A stretch of 64,000 nucleotides of DNA from Camelus dromedarius (GCF_036321535.1 NC_087437.1:13766001-13830000), one strand, 5' to 3'. Shown: positions 51,489 to 63,490, numbered from the stretch's first letter. The notes: generated by a model not told the origin, from the letters alone. Numbers and translations: made by a program.

Positions 51489-51628
51489 GGGAGGGTATAG
51501 CTCAAGTGGTAGAGTGTGTGCTTAGCATGCTCGAGGTCCTGGGTTCAATCCTCAGTACCTCTTCTAGAAATAAATAAACAAAAACCTAATTACCCCCCCC
51601 AAAAAAAATTAAAATTAATTAAAAAAAA
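51489..51628 (+). mobile_element. vic-1-type SINE inside an L2
   Basis: tRNA-Ala head; TSD AAAAATGAATCC. Confidence 0.9.
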
Positions 51629-53654
51629 TGAATCCAGGTGATGAGAGAGAGACGGAGCAGGAGTTACCTGGTACTGGGTGGTCAAGAGAGGCCTCCCTGC
51701 AGAGGTTGCCTTTTTTCAGGACAGACCTGAATTTAGCAGCTGAAGGATGGCTCCAGGGGATGCAGACCCAGGAGATTCCAGGCAGAAAGGACACGAAGGT
51801 CCTGAGGCTGGAACACACTGTACTGGGGAGACAACAGAGGCTCCTTTGGCTGAGCGTGTTTAGCAAGAAGGTAAGGTGAGAACAGGGCGGTAGGCAGGGC
51901 CACATCGGGTAGGGTCTGGTGAGCCGTTGTAAGGGCTTTGAATTTTAGGCGAAGAGCCATGGGAAATGACATAATGTCTGAGAGTGAGAGGGTATAATGA
52001 AACAAGACCGGCCACACATGAGTTGCTAATTGTTGGAGCAAGTGATAGACTCATAGGGGCTCATTATAAAAATCTCTACTTGTCGTTCTTAATAATTTCT
52101 GCAAAAAAAATTTAATAGAATGAGACAACATTAGAAGATCCTAAGCAATCAAGTGACAAATTCTGATCGACAATTTTTACAACAGCACTTAACTTCGTGG
52201 GGAGAGGGACCAGATGTAGTGTCCTCCAGTCATCAGGGTCTCCACATTCAAATGCAATGCGCCAAATCTAGTGTGTAGACTCAGTGGAGCAGGGTCATTC
52301 ATGGGAGTGCCAAACCACGAACTTTTAAAAACAAGTTGCCTATGATTTAAAAAAGGGTGAAGTGAATGTGATATGGTAGGGAAAACAGTGGGCCAGCAGC
52401 CATGAGAGGCAGGAGGTCTGGAAGAATTACCCCATCTCTTTGAGCCTCGGCGTCCTTATTTGCTCAGTACAGCAATCGCGCTGACCTGACCTCACAGACT
52501 ACTAAGAATTAAAAGAGACAGTAGGGGAAAGGATTGGACAAAACCACGGAGGGAAGCACAAACATAAGGGGTTGTTATTCTCTTGAATGTCTTCCTTTTG
52601 CAGTTACCAACAGTACTGCAAATAGTCCTACTGTTCATAATATACTCTTAGGTTTCTAAAGGATGTGATAGAGTGTGATTGCTAGACTGAGAACAGAGGT
52701 TATAAATTTGACTGAGCAGAGGTTAAGAAGATTGCCCCACAGCAGTTAAAAGAATGCCTGGGCATAGTCCAAAGGCTTCACCTGAATTGGAGAAGGTCCA
52801 GAAGCTCAAGAATGCCACCTGCGTGTCCTTGAGGGCAGATGTGCGCGCACACACCCACACACACATACACACACACTTTGATTTTCTAGCACCAGAGGTC
52901 AGAGATGGTTTAAGTGTTTCTGTGGCACACCCCTTCCATAGAGTTCATAGCATCTTTGAGCCACAGCCTCAGAAACCCTGAAAACCCACTGAAATGTAGG
53001 GGGAGACAATTATCGTTTACCTATGAGGATGGAGTAGGAAAGCTTGCCCAAGTCTCATGGTTTTGATCCAGCTCTGCTCTTTAAAACACATTCCTCTAAG
53101 GAGACACTTTATTCCCTCCCCGGGCCACGCTGTTATTTAGTTACATAACCTCAGTTCATTGTTCAAATATTTGGGACTGTTTCTTACACATGAAGACTTT
53201 TGAACTCCTCTGAAACAGCACAACCCCACCCCCACCACACACACTCACTATCTTGGAGGAAAAAAGTTGAGTTCATAAAGAAGCCCCAGATTCCAGATCA
53301 TCCGCCAGTGGGAGGCTGAGGGGCGTGTCTGAGCACAAAGAAGTGAGCCTCTTGCACAGGTTCAAAGCTGGCGCTGGCCACACACAGCCCGGATTGGGAT
53401 CTCTGGTCTACCACTTACATGCTTTGTGACCTTGGGCAGGTCGCTTCACTAAAGCCAATTTCCTCGTCTGTGAAATGAAGATGATGGTAACTGTTTTGCA
53501 GAAGTGATGAGAGGATTATGAGAAGCATTTAGCGCAGTTTCTAGGGCAAAGCAGGCATTCAAAAAGTGTCGAGGAGCCATCGTGGTTGTTGGATGGTAGG
53601 AAGTGTCGTAATTTATTTTACAATCGTCTCTCATCCAGCTTCTCTTTGGCTAAC

Positions 53655-53844
53655 TAGGGGACTGTCAACTGGGGGTGATTTTGCCCTCTTGGGGACATTT
53701 AGCAATGTCTGAGCCCTTCCTGATGGTCACAACTGGGGAGTGCTGCTGACACCTAGTGGGCAAACATCCTGCGGTGCACAGGGCAGCCCCCGCAGGGAAC
53801 TGTCCTGCACAAAATGTCAACAGCGCTGAGGCTGAGAAACTCTG
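53655..53844 (+). mobile_element. MER20 hAT MITE
   Basis: ggggtgattttgccc, ggggacatttagcaatgtctg, aaaatgtcaacagcgctgaggctgagaaac. Confidence 0.85.
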
Positions 53845-53857
53845 GAAACCAAACAAA

Positions 53858-55470
53858 GTGGGGTTTATAATCTATTGAAACTGTATCATAAGTTTAGCTA
53901 CTCAGATCTTGGAAAATACTTTTCAGAATTACCTGGAATCTAAAAGGTCTAAAAGGTGTTTTGACTGTGGAAAGAGAAGCACTAATGATTCGCCTTAATA
54001 ATTTCTGATCTTGACCAAGTCGCCCCCTAGTGACTGGTAACTGTCAGTGCCCATCAGAGAGTATGCAGTCTTCCTGCTGACAGGACTCCTTACCTGACCA
54101 AGGTGGTTTCTTAAAATCCACTAGATCATTGCCTCTCTGCTTGTCGTAGCCTCTTCTACTTAGATTTCAATTCCTCACCAGTTTAGGGGCCAACAGATCA
54201 GTTTTCTTCAGACACCAGAGACACAACCCAGGTTACAGACGCCTCCTTCGCTTTCCTGGAATCCCATCTCAACGATGACTAAAGTTTGAGACTGTTCCTT
54301 ACTCTGTTTCTACCAAACTGTTTTATGAGATTTCAAAAGAGCAGCCTCTTGGCTTTCTTTTCAATGGAGCACCTTAGCCAGGTGGTATGAGTGATAAGTG
54401 CAGGAAAACTCAGAAAATGCAAGGTATAGTTATGCAGTCCTCCTCTGTATCAAAAATGTTTGCTGACATCGGTGCAGACTTCATCTTACATTTCTTAAAT
54501 CTTTCTTTTCTTACCTTTTGCTTATAAAGTAGCTTCATGTTTGGTTTGGTATTCTATTCAGGAAGCATATTAGAATCAGAGTGTGAAGGTTTCAAAAGTC
54601 CGGATTACTCTCCCCAAAGAGTAAAACGTGCGCTCAAAGTAGCACAGTGATGTGCGTACAAATCCAGAAGTGTGTCCTTAAAGTGTTGAGAATTAGATTT
54701 TCTAATCTCCCACCGGCAAGTCCTTTATCCCAAACCTTTTAAAAACTAATAAATCATTGGCTCAACATTGTCACAAATTTTACATAGCATTTAAAAGTCA
54801 CTGTTTTATTATATGTAAAAATTTTAACACTATTGTTACTGAAATGTTAGCTAAGGAAGGAACGCTTCTCATCAGAGTTTGTCTGCAATGAAGTGATCTT
54901 GCTGCTCTTTGTGTCTTTCCTTCTTGTCCTATCTGATGTGCAAACCAGTTTCCACGTGCGGGTCACCCGACTTCTAATGGCTCCTTATCTTGTCATTCAC
55001 ATTACCTGAAACACTAACAGTTCACCCAAGGTTGAGAACCAGTGGTTTAGAAGAAAATCTGTCATGATGAGCAGAAGCAAAACACCTAAGTGAAATTGGT
55101 AACATGAGTATCTCAATCTATTTTCAGGTTTTTAGGCATGGAGACCGAAGTCCCATTGAAACCTTTCCTTACGACCCCATTAAGGAATCCTCATGGCCAC
55201 AAGGATTTGGCCAGCTCACTCAGGTTGGTTGGATTTTCAAGCTAAAGGTCGCTGATGAATTTCATGGGAAATTAAATTCTGTAGGATTTCTAATATATTG
55301 AAACCATACAACTTCTTTAGTTACTCAGATCTGGGAAAGTATTTTGCATAATTACGTGGGATCTAAAAAAAAATGTCTAAAACGGGTTTCAGTTGTAGAA
55401 TGAGACACATTAATGGTTAGATTTGATAACTTCTGATCATGGCCAAGCCATCCCTAATGACAAGTAACTG
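53858..55470 (+). repeat. Diverged ~190-bp direct repeat (53858-54043 and 55281-55470) flanking exon 2
   Basis: Colinear shared blocks: tattgaaac, tttagYtactcagatct, aattac, atctaaaa, gtctaaaa, ttctgatc, ccaag, gtaactg. Confidence 0.8.
55128..55223 (+). CDS. ACP3: ACP3 coding exon 2 (catalytic RHGXRXP motif)
   Basis: ttttcag acceptor; [32 protein letters not shown], carrying the histidine acid phosphatase motif (mature R11, H12, R15). 96 nt; GTTGGT donor. Confidence 0.98.
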
Positions 55471-55974
55471 CTGGAAAACTGTATAGAATTGCCTGCTGGC
55501 TTTATTAAAGCATGAGAGGTGTCCGCAGACAACAGAAGAATGCATAAGCTTAAAGATGCTGAAGCAAGCAAGATCCTTACAAGCCAGCCCTTGAGTTTCT
55601 CAGGCTCCACCTGAGAAACTAGAAAATAATCCTGAACCAGCAGGTTTGGGAAAACACAATTCTCTGGAAGTGCTGATTTTGATCAGCACTCAGAAGTGCT
55701 GAATTTAATCTTTGTCAGCTGAATATATTGGGATTGAGATTGCTTTATAAGTGGTCAGTGAAACATAGGGAACCCTCCTTCCTAAAGAGCACCAGGGAAG
55801 ATAAACTGGGGGACAAAGGCATCTGTAGTCACTGCTCTAGTGCCCCACCCCCTTCAGCTGTCAAAGGCAGGTGGCTCTTCTGTTTGGAGTCACCAGGCCA
55901 CATGCTTTGCTTCTGTCCTGACCAAAGCCTTGTTTACACATAGTAAGAAAATGTCGCAAAATGTTTAGAGTTGG

Positions 55975-57500
55975 ATAACTCCCAAACTAGTGGGTCTTGA
56001 TCTTGGCTAAACATTGGAACTACTCGGAGAGCTTTACAAAATACTATTTTCTGCCTAGGAGGTTCTTATTTGGTCTAGGGTGCAGCCTGGACATTGGGGT
56101 TTTTAGAAGCACCTCGGTCGATCAGTTGACTCTAATGTGCAGCCAAGGCTGAGAATTTACTGCCCTGATGGAACCATCTCGATGAGGAGAAAATGCAGGA
56201 AGTCTATTTGAGGCTAGTATCTTCTCTCTCCCTGCCATAGTCTACCCAGCTTCTGGCTCCCTGAATAAGAGAGGGTTGTAAAAATTCAGGGCTGCTGTAT
56301 GGCCCTGTAGAGATTCTTGTTCCCTTGCTGCAATGTTCCAGTAAGACCAAAAGATTCCTCCAGCCTGTGGGCTCTGGACTGTTCTTCTAGTAATCTCTTA
56401 ACTAGCCACCAGTTTCTCCTCGAGCAGTGTTTCTTTCCAAGTGCAAATGAATCATTTGAGGATTCTAAATCAGTGTTAAAATGCAGACTCTAAATCAGTG
56501 GATCTGACATGGTCTGAGATTCTGCATTTCTGACATATTCTTAAGTGATGCCCATGGTGCTGGTACAGGGCCACTGCTGAAGTAGCAAGGTTCTAGAGTT
56601 CAGATTCCTTCTCTTAGCTGGGAACTTCCAGTCTACATAATGACAAAGGGAAGGTTCTCTTTGAGTTTCTTAGTTCTCAAAGTGTTGTCCCTGAATGAGC
56701 CTGGAAACTTGTCAGAAATGTAAATTCTCTAGCCCCACCCACTGAACCAGAAGCTCTGGGGTTGAAGCCTGGGAATCTTTAATGAGCACACCAGGTCATT
56801 CTGTGCACGCTGACATTGGAGAACCACTGCTGTATAGAAGATCACTACTTCCTCAAAAGTCAGCTTGGAGTTAGAACAGCAAATCACACCCAAAGTACCT
56901 ACTGCTTTAGCTATCCAAGTCTCTCAGGAAACTCACAAACATCAAAGCACACATTATTTTTTTTTCCTACCTCTTTTCCCATCTAGAAGGGTAGCCAGGA
57001 GTGGCAAGCAAATGAGCGAATAGGACCAAACAGAAGCCACAGTGACCAAATCTTCTCTGACTCCTGAAGCTCCGGCGAAACTCTGGATTAAAGACAGACT
57101 TGAATGCAGTGTTTCTCCAAGCATGGTGCTCTAGTCCATGGATATGAATCACGCAGGGCACTTGTGAAAATGCAGATTCCAGGGCTAAACCCAGGATCGA
57201 ATGAGCTGGAATCTCTGGGGAAAATGCTGAGGAACCTGCCTTTCAACAGGCACCCTAGATAATTTGGCTTCTGATGCACAGTGGTGCCTGAAGATCATCG
57301 AGCTAAGGAGACACTTCTCAATGATTATCTACCACCAGAATCTTAATGAGCTTGTTAGAAACAGATTTTCTGAGCTCCACCCCCAGCAATTCTGGTTCAG
57401 TAGACCAAGGGTGGGGCCCAAATATTTGGTTTCTAATATACTCCCAAGTATACTGTATGCTAATACTGCTGCTCTGCAGACCACACTCTGGGTAACAGGC
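55975..57500. mobile_element. Cluster of about 5 MER5-family hAT MITEs in intron 2
   Basis: Repeated MER5 motifs (aaaatgcagaYtc, tctgcatttc, ttctcaaagtg..gagaaccactg) near 55975, 56425, 56670, 57105 and 57310. Confidence 0.7.
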
Positions 57501-57962
57501 TGTAGCTTTTCATGAACCAGACATAACTGAACCGTGCAGATAATAAATCATTGCACCCAGAGATTCAAAGTGATCTTCAGATTCATCAAGTCCAAACTCC
57601 TATCAGATGGTTGAATTTCTTCCACATGGTCAACCAGCACTTGAAATGCTCTTACCAGCAAAGATGAACCATGAAGCACTCTGCCACACCAGAGAGGAAC
57701 TGTTCACTTATACCAGATCAGTCACCAGCTATTACCTGTGCAAGGCCCTATGTGAAGTGCTGCTGATGATGAAAGAATTGTTTCAGTGAATCATGACTAA
57801 AGATTACAGCTCTCTTTTCCTATTTGCATTTAAAAATGTGTTATTGTGGAACTACCAAAGGACATCACTGTTCACTATTCATATTCAGTGAGGAGGGACG
57901 AGGCTCATAGCTTCACAGAACTTACTTTCATGAATTTTTCCTTTTATTTTTCTTCCCCATAG

Positions 57963-58049
57963 CTGGGTATGAAGCAGCATTACGAACTTGGAGACTATAT
58001 AAGGAAACGATATGGAAAGTTCTTGAATGAGTCCTATAAACATGAACAG
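57963..58049 (+). CDS. ACP3: ACP3 coding exon 3
   Basis: Polypyrimidine tract + tag acceptor; LGMKQHYELGDYIRKRYGKFLNESYKHEQ with the N62 glycosylation sequon NES. 87 nt; GTAGGT donor. Confidence 0.97.
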
Positions 58050-58513
58050 GTAGGTTGGGGAGCTAATAGTGGGAACCTCGTCCCTTGAAAGAATTTAACA
58101 TAATGTATTTGTAAAAGTGCTTTTGCCTGTTTCCCAAGGAACTTATACAAGTCAGAGATCTTGTTTACAAGTGTACTCCTCTTTATACAAAAATTTTGTT
58201 CCTAAAAAAAAATGTATGAATACAAGTAAGTTCAAAATGGACACCTACAGTGAACACTTTGGCTTGGCAGGTAGCCACTACTTAATTGGTCTCTTTTGTA
58301 AATTCAACCATGGGCATATCAGGTCACTTTATGCCACAGAATGCTCATCATAATGTCTCTTCCATTGGGGATTACGATCATGATGCTACCCCAATATCTG
58401 CTAATCCTTTGGTGTGGCTGTCCTGCCCTTTCTCAAATATGCTATTAGCCCCATAGGGAAAAATACACCACACTTCCGCTCAACTGGATTCTGCTTTGAT
58501 TTTCCCACTTTAG

Positions 58514-58666
58514 GTTTATGTTCGAAGCACAGATGTTGACCGGACTTTGATGAGTGCTATGACAAACCTTGCAGCCCTATTTCCCCCAAAGGGTACCAGC
58601 GTCTGGAATCCCAGCCTTCTCTGGCAGCCCATCCCAGTGCACACAGTCCCTCTTTCTGAAGATCAG
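58514..58666 (+). CDS. ACP3: ACP3 coding exon 4
   Basis: tttag acceptor; [51 protein letters not shown] including active-site R79. 153 nt; GTCAGT donor. Confidence 0.97.
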
Positions 58667-59792
58667 GTCAGTATTCTGGGGAAACCGGGAGGTTCCACTG
58701 GGCCTGGAAGGAGGAACTTGTGGATTTGGGAGTCTGGGCATTTCTTGGGCTGTGCAGTCTTAATTCTCTCCTAATAAAGGTGCAAAGGACAATGTAGAGC
58801 ATAAAAAGCCCTAGGCAAGAGAGAGTGGGATCAGAATTTCTCTCTGGATCTTTATAATCCACCTTGTTCTGCTGCTTTTTCAACTTCTGACAGTTTGTCC
58901 CTCTGCATCTTTACACACGCACACACACACACACACGCACACACACGCACGGCTCTCAGTGTTCTGTCTTCAATTCCCAGGCTTTTGGTGCCCTACATAG
59001 GGTTCTCCTCCCTCCAGAACATCCTAAGATCTCTCTACCTACAAATACCAACCCCCACCCATGGAAATCCCCATTTCCTGGTAGGAAAAAAAGAAAGATT
59101 TGAGTCCATAATTGGTGCCCAACACTTTATATGTGTCATCATGTTTACCTTTCGTAACAACTATGAATGGACAATATTATCATTCTCCTTTGATAGCCAG
59201 GGAAATAAGGGCTCAGAGAAGTTAAACAAACTAAATGGATCTGAAGCCACACAGCTGATAAGCATCACTACAGGGACTAGAACCAGGCCCGTCTCATCCC
59301 AGAGCAATTTCCTTCCCTGTAAACTAGTGGTCCTCAAAGTTAGCTGCATGTCAGAATTACCTGGGAATTGTTTTAAACTCCTGCTGCCCAGGGCACACCC
59401 CGTAATAAATCAGAATCTCTGAGGGTGGGACCCAGCCATCAATATTTTTTTTAATCTTCCTAGATGATCCTAGTGGACAGCTAAGTCCAAAAACCACTAC
59501 CTTTAACCAAGTTGCCTAAATGAGGCTGTTTGAGAGAAATTCTTAAATTTATCTACACTGGGTGGGACTGACCAAGAATTCTTTAATCTTATCAGAGGAA
59601 TTGCTGTTTTTTTTTAATAGTAATAAATAAATCTAACTAATTTTCCAGGTGTGGAATGTAAGACTGTATGAAGGAAATAGTCTGGGACAAGGAACCCTTC
59701 CTAATTCCCCTGCAGTCACATTATCACCATGACTATCTCCTCTCCATGACTCAAGCTTAGCAAGACTCTGGACCTAGGAGGTTGCCCAGTGA

Positions 59793-60920
59793 CCTCTGGG
59801 CAGTTTGCTATCTCATTTGCCTTGTCTGTACTCTGAGAAGTGTGACTTAATTGCTGAATCTGGTGACTTAGAAGTTTTTCCCAAGTGCTTTGTAAAAACA
59901 ACTCGACCCTGTCAATCTCACTCTCGGTAAATCTACTCCAACCAAATTTTCTGGTGTTTCCTGAAAAGACAGGCTGATTTAATTATGCCTCTTTACAGAG
60001 TCAGGGGTGACTCGTTATGATAATCATTTCTCAGGAGTTTGTGAATGTTTTCTTCCAAAAAGAAAAAAAAAATTATTTTTACCACAGCCTATTCTGCATA
60101 GATTAAAAAAAAACTAGACAGAAGCACCAGATTTAGCCAGTGTAGGCCAGGGTAGCCATCTAACTCTTAATCCTAAAAGACAGTGATTAAATCACACACT
60201 GGAGAGACTACCGGTGCTATTAGAAGAGGACGGAAGAAACAGGGAGAGTGAGGCGGGGAGAGAGAAACAAGCAAGTTTACCTACCTTTGGCCTCCAGCTA
60301 CCTACTCACTAAGATGCTAACGTCAACCAAGAAATGTAACAAAATCAATCAATCAGCAAGGTTACTCCCAGAGCTGTGCTAAGTGCTATACAGAAATAGG
60401 AGAGAAGTATGAGGCCAGCTTTCTTCTCTAATTTATAATTCATCTGATGAAAAAAGATTCATGTGTGTGTGTGTGTGAAATGTGTAGAATGCAATACAAG
60501 ATGGTGGGCAGTGATTTCAAGAACAGGCTGGAGGAATTCAGAGAATGAGTCGCAACCTGGAGCGACTACCAAAGGACAATCATTCATTCAGGCCTTTGGG
60601 GACAAAGTGATAACTTGAACCAGACCTTGGAGGCGGGGTGGGAAGGGAGAGGAAGGCAGCCCAAAAGCGTGGCTTTGGGTGGACGTAGACTGCTTACCCT
60701 TCTGTGTCCAGAGCTCATATTTAGAAAGAATGGCAGTAAGACTGAGTAACTGTGTTGGGCAGCGATTAGGGAATCCACATGTAATAGCCAGAAGGAATCT
60801 TGAGTCCTCTGGGCTAGGTTACTATCCCCTTCGCCTTGGCAGTCCTCCAAGAAATTTGACTTAATTGCTGTATCTGGTGACTTCAGAATTTTTCCCAAGT
60901 GCTTTTGGAAACAGCCTGAC
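59793..60920 (+). repeat. 115-bp direct repeat (59793-59907 and 60806-60920) in intron 4
   Basis: Near-identical core TGACTTAATTGCTG(A/T)ATCTGGTGACTT..AGAA..TTTTCCCAAGTGCTTT. Confidence 0.85.
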
Positions 60921-61531
60921 AGTGTGACGTAGAAGGAGGGTTAAATTTGAAGTTGGAAAAACCTAGGTCTGAGAGCCAGTTACCATTCCAGATGCTTGAT
61001 CTTGAGTAACTTCTCTGCGCCTCGGTTTCCTTTTCTGTAAACTGGGAACAAGAGTCTCCACTTAACTTCCTCACAGGGATTTGTGACAACCGAGTTAGCT
61101 AAGAAAAAGAAGACTGTAAACTGCAAAATGCTGAACAGATGGTTAGGCGATTTATTCTACTTATTTTCAGCCTGACTCTTTCAGCATGTGGGATGAGAAA
61201 ACTAAAGTCTAGAAAAGTTAAGTAATTCATTAAAACCTAGACCTTTAAACGAATAGTCCTGTGCCATTTCCATCACCAGTGCCATTTCTCCTATGGAGCG
61301 ATTTGAAAGCCGGTCAGGGAAATTTACATGTAAAACAGGGGACATAAAAGAAACCTGTGTGCCTTCTTCAGTTCTGATGGTGGTGCTTTCGGGCATTTGT
61401 CTGACAATGGCTTGGAGGGGAAAGACAGAGCCTCTGAAAATAACTGCTGAAGCCATTCAGGAATGAGGAAAGGAAGCCCTAAATTTAGATGGCAAAGACA
61501 GCAGAGGAAGGAAAGCAAGGTTAAAAAAAAG

Positions 61532-61635
61532 TTTTCTTTTTTTCCCTTTTTTGATGGAGGTACTGGGGATTGAATCCAAGACCTTGTGTACATACTAAGC
61601 ATGCACTCTACCACTGAGCTATACCCACCACCCCC
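61532..61635 (-). mobile_element. vic-1-type SINE (antisense, intron 4)
   Basis: Reverse complement of the tRNA-Ala head, preceded by a T-rich tail. Confidence 0.87.
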
Positions 61636-62272
61636 AAAAAAATTGTTTTCTGAGTAGCCACTAATATGCCAGGCCCTGTTCTAGGCTTTGACAACACAGT
61701 AGAGAACAAGATAGACAAGATCCTGGCTGACCTTGGTTTTATAAGAGATAGATGATAAAGGGTGAATAAACACAATATTTTCAAACGGCAGTGAGTCCGC
61801 TGAAGGCAACAGAACAAGGTGATGTGATAGTAGCCGGGGCAGGATGGTTCAAAGAGCTGGGGTGGGGGCCGGGGCCAGAGTGTCTCAGGCAAGGAGCAGT
61901 CTGTGGAGACCCCCAGCCTATATGTTCAGAGGGCAGCAAGGCCCACCGTGTCGCTGGAGAGGAGTGGGTGAGGGGTCCTAAGTAGGAGGGCAGGACAGAA
62001 AGGTCATTAGGGACTAATTGAATTTAGGTTTTCTTCTAAGTAAAATGGAAAGCCAGTGAGGGTTATCATCACAGAAAGGCATAATCCGGTTGATGCTTGA
62101 AAAAGAGGAGCTTTTACCAAAAAATGAAATTAAAAGGATTAGTGTCAGTTCTATGCTGAGGATGAACTGTGATGCAAACTGACCAAAGGGAAGCTCTTTG
62201 AAACACAGATTACGGTGGTCTGGACTGGGAGGAGACAATGAAAGTAAAGAAAAAGGGTCTATTTTGGAAATA

Positions 62273-62484
62273 CAGTTGACTCTTGAACAACAGAGGTTTG
62301 AGCTGAGGTCCCCTTCCATGCACATTTTTTTCCATAAATATGTGCTATAGGAATACACAATCCCCATTTGATCGACTTCCCCTGGATGCAGAACAGTGGA
62401 CACGGACTGTAAAGTTATAACAGATTTTCAACTGCATGGGGGTTGGCTGGTGGCCGTAAGCCCCATGTTGTTCAGGGTCTGCTG
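62273..62484 (+). mobile_element. Tigger2a-like MITE inside an L2
   Basis: TA-cagttgactcttgaacaac ... gttgttcagggtctgctg-TA: terminal inverted repeats with TA TSD. Confidence 0.8.
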
Positions 62485-62855
62485 TATTTTGAAAGTAGGC
62501 AAGCAAAAGTGATCAGTCTATGAAGCAGGGTGATAAATTTCATCACTGACAAAAGCAGAGAGATTACAAAGAGGAAACGGTTAAAAATGAAGAAGCTGAG
62601 TTCAGGTTTGCACATGTCAAATTTGAGGAAGAGAAACATTTAACTAGTGGTGTCTACCAAGGGCTGGAAATACTACAAAATTAACTTAGGAGTCACCAGC
62701 TTACAGGAAAAACTACAAAAGATTGTCTCATTAACTCATTTTAGGATGATCCACTTTGTCCTTAGAATAGGTTTTTAAATATATTTTCTGTACATTTAGT
62801 ATGTGCCCTTATTTCACACAGTCTGCAAATTTGCAAGAACTTATTCAGTGAATGG

Positions 62856-63348
62856 TGTCGACTGAAATAAATGCGCAGCCTAAAAGTTGAGAGTTATGTT
62901 TTATTTGGCGGGAGGACTCGAGCCGGGATGACAGCCTCTCAGATGGCTCTGAGGGACTGCTCCAAAGAGATAGGGGAGGAGCTAGGCTATATAGGAGCTC
63001 TACAACAAAGACCAGGTAGTTGGAACAATAAAAGATTGCTTGTTATCTAAAGAAAACCAGGCATCTCAAGTGAAAGAATTTAGTGCTTTTCCATGTATGG
63101 GAGGAAGCAAACATTTGGGCTCACTGAATTCATTCCTTTGACAAGCACGTAGCTATGTAAGGCCAGTATCCTGTCCTTTCTTATCCTGAGTGCCCTCAGA
63201 GGGCACCACTGTGAGTGGCTGCAGAGGCCGGGCTGCAGGGGCCGGGCTGCAGGCTTGTCTTCACTGGGGGGTGGTGGCAGCCTCTGATGACTCGATGGCT
63301 TCAGCATTCTTTGTTTACTGATATGGCTTGCAGTATTTTTCCCTCACA
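62856..63348 (-). mobile_element. MER41-like ERV1 solo LTR (intron 4)
   Basis: TG...CA ends with exact TSD ATGG. The minus strand begins tgtgagggaaaaatactgcaagccatatcagtaaacaaag and ends aataaaacataactctcaacttttagg...gtcgaca, like artiodactyl MER41. Confidence 0.82.
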
Positions 63349-63406
63349 ATGGTTAATCAGTCTCTTAAGATTCTTTCCAGAATCACAAATTCAATTCTCT
63401 ATACTC

Positions 63407-63490
63407 GTGTGTGTGTATGTGTGTGCATGTGTGTGTGTGCACGTGTGTGTGTGCACGTTTGTATGTGTGTGTGTGTGTGCGCGCGTGCAC
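63407..63490. repeat. (TG)n/(CG)n alternating purine-pyrimidine tract
   Basis: Directly visible, ~84 bp. Confidence 0.9.

Noticed and set aside
58895..59422. 175-aa intronic ORF
   Set aside because: Non-ATG start; made of (CA)n, MIR and MER5 sequence.
2484..61635. Six tRNA-Ala(AGC)-like sequences as tRNA genes
   Set aside because: Each has stem-breaking mutations and an A-rich tail, and most have TSDs: they are SINE copies.
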